Position numbers and translations under genes: made by a program. This document shows positions 57,286 to 59,660 of a stretch of 59,660 bases of DNA, piece by piece. Every line of letters starts with the position of its first letter. Position 1 is the stretch's first letter. The stretch covers positions 1-59,660 of the forward strand of contig PFLP01000027.1 of the NCBI GenBank assembly GCA_002784625.1, given 5' to 3'. The notes under the pieces were generated by a model. That model saw only the letters and a program-made list of their open reading frames with translations, made no database searches and had not been told where the DNA came from. The DNA is from Candidatus Pacebacteria bacterium CG_4_10_14_0_8_um_filter_42_14. GTDB taxonomy: Bacteria; Patescibacteriota; Microgenomatia; UBA1400; PJMF01.

Positions 57286-58260
57286 CTACTCAAGATTTTC
57301 AACTTCTACTTTTGGTTTTTTCTTGGTTTCTTTCTCTGGTTTCTTTTTATCTTCCTTTTTTGGTTTTTCTTCAACAGCATCCTTCTTCTCAGGTTCAGTC
57401 TTTTTCTTGAACTTCCCAAAAAACTTGCTAATAGAAAACGCCGGTTTTATTGGTTTCTCTTCTTTCTTTTCCTTTTGATCTTTTTTTTCTTCTTTTTTCT
57501 CGATCTTCTTCTCGACAGGTTTTTCTGCTTTCTTCTTTGGAGCTGGTTTCTCAGGTTTCACATCCTCTTTCTTTTTCTCGATAGTTTTTGGTTGTTTGGG
57601 GTTAGTGTCTTTTATGAGTGAACCAGAATCGAGAATTAAAGTGCGAAATTCTTTTTCTTCTAGTAGATCTTGATCATGGGTTGCAAAAAGAATGGTGGTA
57701 CCAAGCTCATTGATTTTTTTTAATAGCTTAACAATTCCGGTTGAGTTCTTTGCATCAAGGTTCCCTGTTGGTTCATCAGCAAAAATAACCTCTGGACCGG
57801 TTGCTAGAGCTCTGGCAATACCAACTCTTTGGGCCTCACCACCAGAAAGCTGACTAGGGAATAGGTAAGCTTTTTCAGGTAGGCCAATTAGTTTGAGCAG
57901 ATCAGTAACTCGGCGCTCGATTTCCGCTTCATCTTGACCGATGATCTGTAGAGGCAGGGCAATGTTTTCCCAGACGTTTAGTTCTGGCAAAAGTTTGTAG
58001 TCTTGGAAAACGACACCGATACGTCTTCTGAGCATAGGAACGGAGTTCTTGTTCAGGGTGTTAACAATTGTGTCAAAAAAGGTGATCTCACCCGCCGTAA
58101 TGGCATATTCTCTAATCAGCAAGCGCATAAGAGTTGTCTTGCCGCTGCCCGAGGGACCGGTGATGAAAACAAACTCTCCTGGCTCAATTAGGAAAGAAAC
58201 ACTTTTTATGCCAAAATCATCTGGGGCGAACTCTTTCGAGACACCGTTAAATCGAATCAT
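57286..58260 (-). CDS. ftsE: Cell division ATP-binding protein FtsE with a roughly 100-aa Lys/Glu-rich C-terminal tail
   Basis: MIRFNGVSKEF, GPSGSGKTT, LSGGEAQRV, IFADEPTGNLD, and ATHD. The tail starts near KQPKTIEKKKED. Confidence 0.9.
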   Translation of the reverse strand: MIRFNGVSKEFAPDDFGIKSVSFLIEPGEFVFITGPSGSGKTTLMRLLIREYAITAGEITFFDTIVNTLNKNSVPMLRRRIGVVFQDYKLLPELNVWENIALPLQIIGQDEAEIERRVTDLLKLIGLPEKAYLFPSQLSGGEAQRVGIARALATGPEVIFADEPTGNLDAKNSTGIVKLLKKINELGTTILFATHDQDLLEEKEFRTLILDSGSLIKDTNPKQPKTIEKKKEDVKPEKPAPKKKAEKPVEKKIEKKEEKKDQKEKKEEKPIKPAFSISKFFGKFKKKTEPEKKDAVEEKPKKEDKKKPEKETKKKPKVEVENLE

Positions 58261-58297
58261 ATCTGTTCCCTAGTGTAGAGAAGAAGGGGTGGGTTGT

Positions 58298-58873
58298 CTA
58301 CTCTTCAACCGGCGCTTTGGCGTCGACTTTGACAACCTCGACTCGACCGACATCCATCAGCCAACCAGCTCTTTGTGCTTTAAAGGTTTCTCCCCAAATT
58401 TTGACTTCCATACCAGCAAGCTTATCGAGGTCAGTTACAGATGAGGTCAGATAAACTGTCTGGGATGCTCCACCTGGGCGCAGGAGTTTATGAGAGCCTT
58501 CACCGTTGATTCCACCTTTTTCGAGGTAGCCTTGGGCGTCGTCTTTAAAGGCTTCAATGTCAGCGCTTCCGAAGACTTCACCAGCAAAGACTTGATCACC
58601 AGCGATTTGGGAAATTTGTTGGCCTCCTGGAAGAGTATCAGTAGAACCAGAACTGGCAGTGAGCCTGTGCGTGCCGTAGCCAGTAGTAATTCCAGCTACA
58701 ACAGCAAAGATGCTAAGGCCAATTATCATTTTTTGATTTGCTTTTTTCACAGATTTTTCCTGAACTGGTAACGGTCGCTGATTATCTGCGCCAGCTACTG
58801 TCTCGTCAACTATCGGTTGGGTCGATTCTGGAGACTCAATATTTGAATTGTTGATGAGATCAAGTTTATGCAT
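58298..58873 (-). CDS. Hypothetical bitopic membrane protein
   Basis: One TM helix (MIIGLSIFAVVAGITTGYG) after a polar N-terminus. The C-domain is not recognisable. Confidence 0.55.
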   Translation of the reverse strand: MHKLDLINNSNIESPESTQPIVDETVAGADNQRPLPVQEKSVKKANQKMIIGLSIFAVVAGITTGYGTHRLTASSGSTDTLPGGQQISQIAGDQVFAGEVFGSADIEAFKDDAQGYLEKGGINGEGSHKLLRPGGASQTVYLTSSVTDLDKLAGMEVKIWGETFKAQRAGWLMDVGRVEVVKVDAKAPVEE

Positions 58874-58930
58874 AAATTTTTTCGCTCTAGAATACTCAAG
58901 ATCAGTATAGCAGAAGCGATTGAAGTCAGA

Positions 58931-59660
58931 CTAGAGGCTCAATCCAGCCTCGATGAAAGAGTCGATGTCGCCATCTAGAACTGCGACCGTATCTGTTTCT
59001 ACTACTTTAGTGCGGACGTCCTTGACTTGCTTGTAGGGGTGAAGGACATAGTTCCTAATTTGACTGCCAAAGCTGGCATTAGTGTGTTTGCCTTTTTCTT
59101 TGGCAAGATTCGTTTCGCGACGCTGCTCCTCAAGAAATGCTAACTCTGCTTTTAGTTTCTGAACTGCGCGCTCTTTGTTCTGGACTTGAGATCTTTCTTC
59201 TCGGCAGCGAACGACAATTCCAGATGGCTTATGAGTTAATTCAACTGCGGTGTTGACCTTGTTAACATTTTGACCACCGGCTCCGCCGGCGCGAGAGAAC
59301 TGCCAGACTAGGTCATTATCATCGAGAATAATATCATTGCTTTCTTGTGGCACCGCTGGCAAGACGCCAACTAGGGCGAATGAAGTTTGTCTCAGGCTAT
59401 TAGCGTTGAAGGGACTTAATCTAACCAGACGATGCGTGCCGCGCTCTCGTCTGAGGTAACCGTAGGCAAATGGGGCTTTGACATGAAATTCTACAGCCTT
59501 GATGCCTGCCTCTTCGCCGCGAGACTCGGAGATCAGCTCGAACTTCCAACCCTTCCTTTCGAAGTATCGCGTGTACATTCTCTTAAGCATTTCTGTCCAG
59601 TCCATAGCTTCGGTTCCACCTTGGCCAGAATGAATAGAAACTAGCGCCTCAAAGGCGTCG
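58931..59660 (-). CDS. prfB: Peptide chain release factor 2 (5' end beyond the window edge)
   Basis: GGQ motif [13 protein letters not shown]. The reading frame stays open upstream of the tracked Met ([21 protein letters not shown]), matching the RF2 AGxGGTEAxDW region. The SPF region is not visible because of truncation. Confidence 0.9.
   Translation of the reverse strand, partial: DAFEALVSIHSGQGGTEAMDWTEMLKRMYTRYFERKGWKFELISESRGEEAGIKAVEFHVKAPFAYGYLRRERGTHRLVRLSPFNANSLRQTSFALVGVLPAVPQESNDIILDDNDLVWQFSRAGGAGGQNVNKVNTAVELTHKPSGIVVRCREERSQVQNKERAVQKLKAELAFLEEQRRETNLAKEKGKHTNASFGSQIRNYVLHPYKQVKDVRTKVVETDTVAVLDGDIDSFIEAGLSL

Noticed and set aside
57254-57600. Repetitive T/C-rich DNA (ttcttt, tttttc units) and a Phe/Ser-rich + strand ORF (57254-57478), which might look like a repeat array.
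   Set aside because: It is the antisense of the Lys/Glu-rich FtsE tail coding sequence. It shows low-complexity codon repetition, with no regular repeat-spacer periodicity, so it is neither CRISPR nor a tandem-repeat locus.
58931-59660. Possible programmed +1 frameshift site of prfB.
   Set aside because: The frameshift site in RF2 genes lies near codon 25. The 5' part of the gene is beyond the window end, so this cannot be assessed.
1-59660. Search for tRNA, rRNA, CRISPR arrays, transposases, integrases and toxin-antitoxin or defence islands.
   Set aside because: None of the intergenic spacers longer than 50 nt (for example 4966-5050, 6350-6427, 9947-10111, 13676-13753, 20640-20829, 32340-32477) shows cloverleaf-type T-arm or acceptor complementarity or direct-repeat arrays. 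No ORF shows recombinase, nuclease or defence motifs.

Overview
Compact, gene-dense bacterial chromosome segment with short or overlapping gene junctions, mostly housekeeping. The + strand from about 20.8 to 48.9 kb is one uninterrupted transcription/translation supercluster: rpoB-rpoC, rpsL-rpsG-fusA-tuf, S10, spc and alpha blocks (with secY, adk, map, infA, rpmJ), then rplM-rpsI. L30 (rpmD) is absent between rpsE and rplO. Together with compact enzymes and Lys-rich tails on several ribosomal proteins, this suggests a reduced-genome CPR/Patescibacteria-like organism; that placement is inference. The first 20 kb carries surface, transport and housekeeping genes: a cohesin/dockerin pair, mscL, zwf, DUF3179, GNAT, an atypical S41 peptidase, a COG0523 GTPase, prmC, yqeY, a RodZ-like protein, alaS, a sortase, ruvX, two transporters and mltG. 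The last 11 kb on the - strand carries prfB (5' end off-window), ftsE-ftsX with an M23 peptidase, a lamin-tail-domain protein, VanZ, HU, and an ABC-2 system with four permease genes around one ATPase gene. I found no rRNA, tRNA, CRISPR array, transposase or integrase. The observations most worth follow-up are protein-architecture oddities: an apparently circularly permuted M23 domain in the FtsEX-linked hydrolase; an S41 peptidase with an HPD-less J-like insert and Trp at the catalytic Lys position; a degenerate FtsA/PilM-like transmembrane protein coupled to a sortase; the cohesin/dockerin module; the 4-permease ABC system; and an attenuator-like leader upstream of rpoB. No clear novel multi-gene defence or mobile system is evident. 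All function calls rest on motif recognition by eye and need HMM or structure confirmation.
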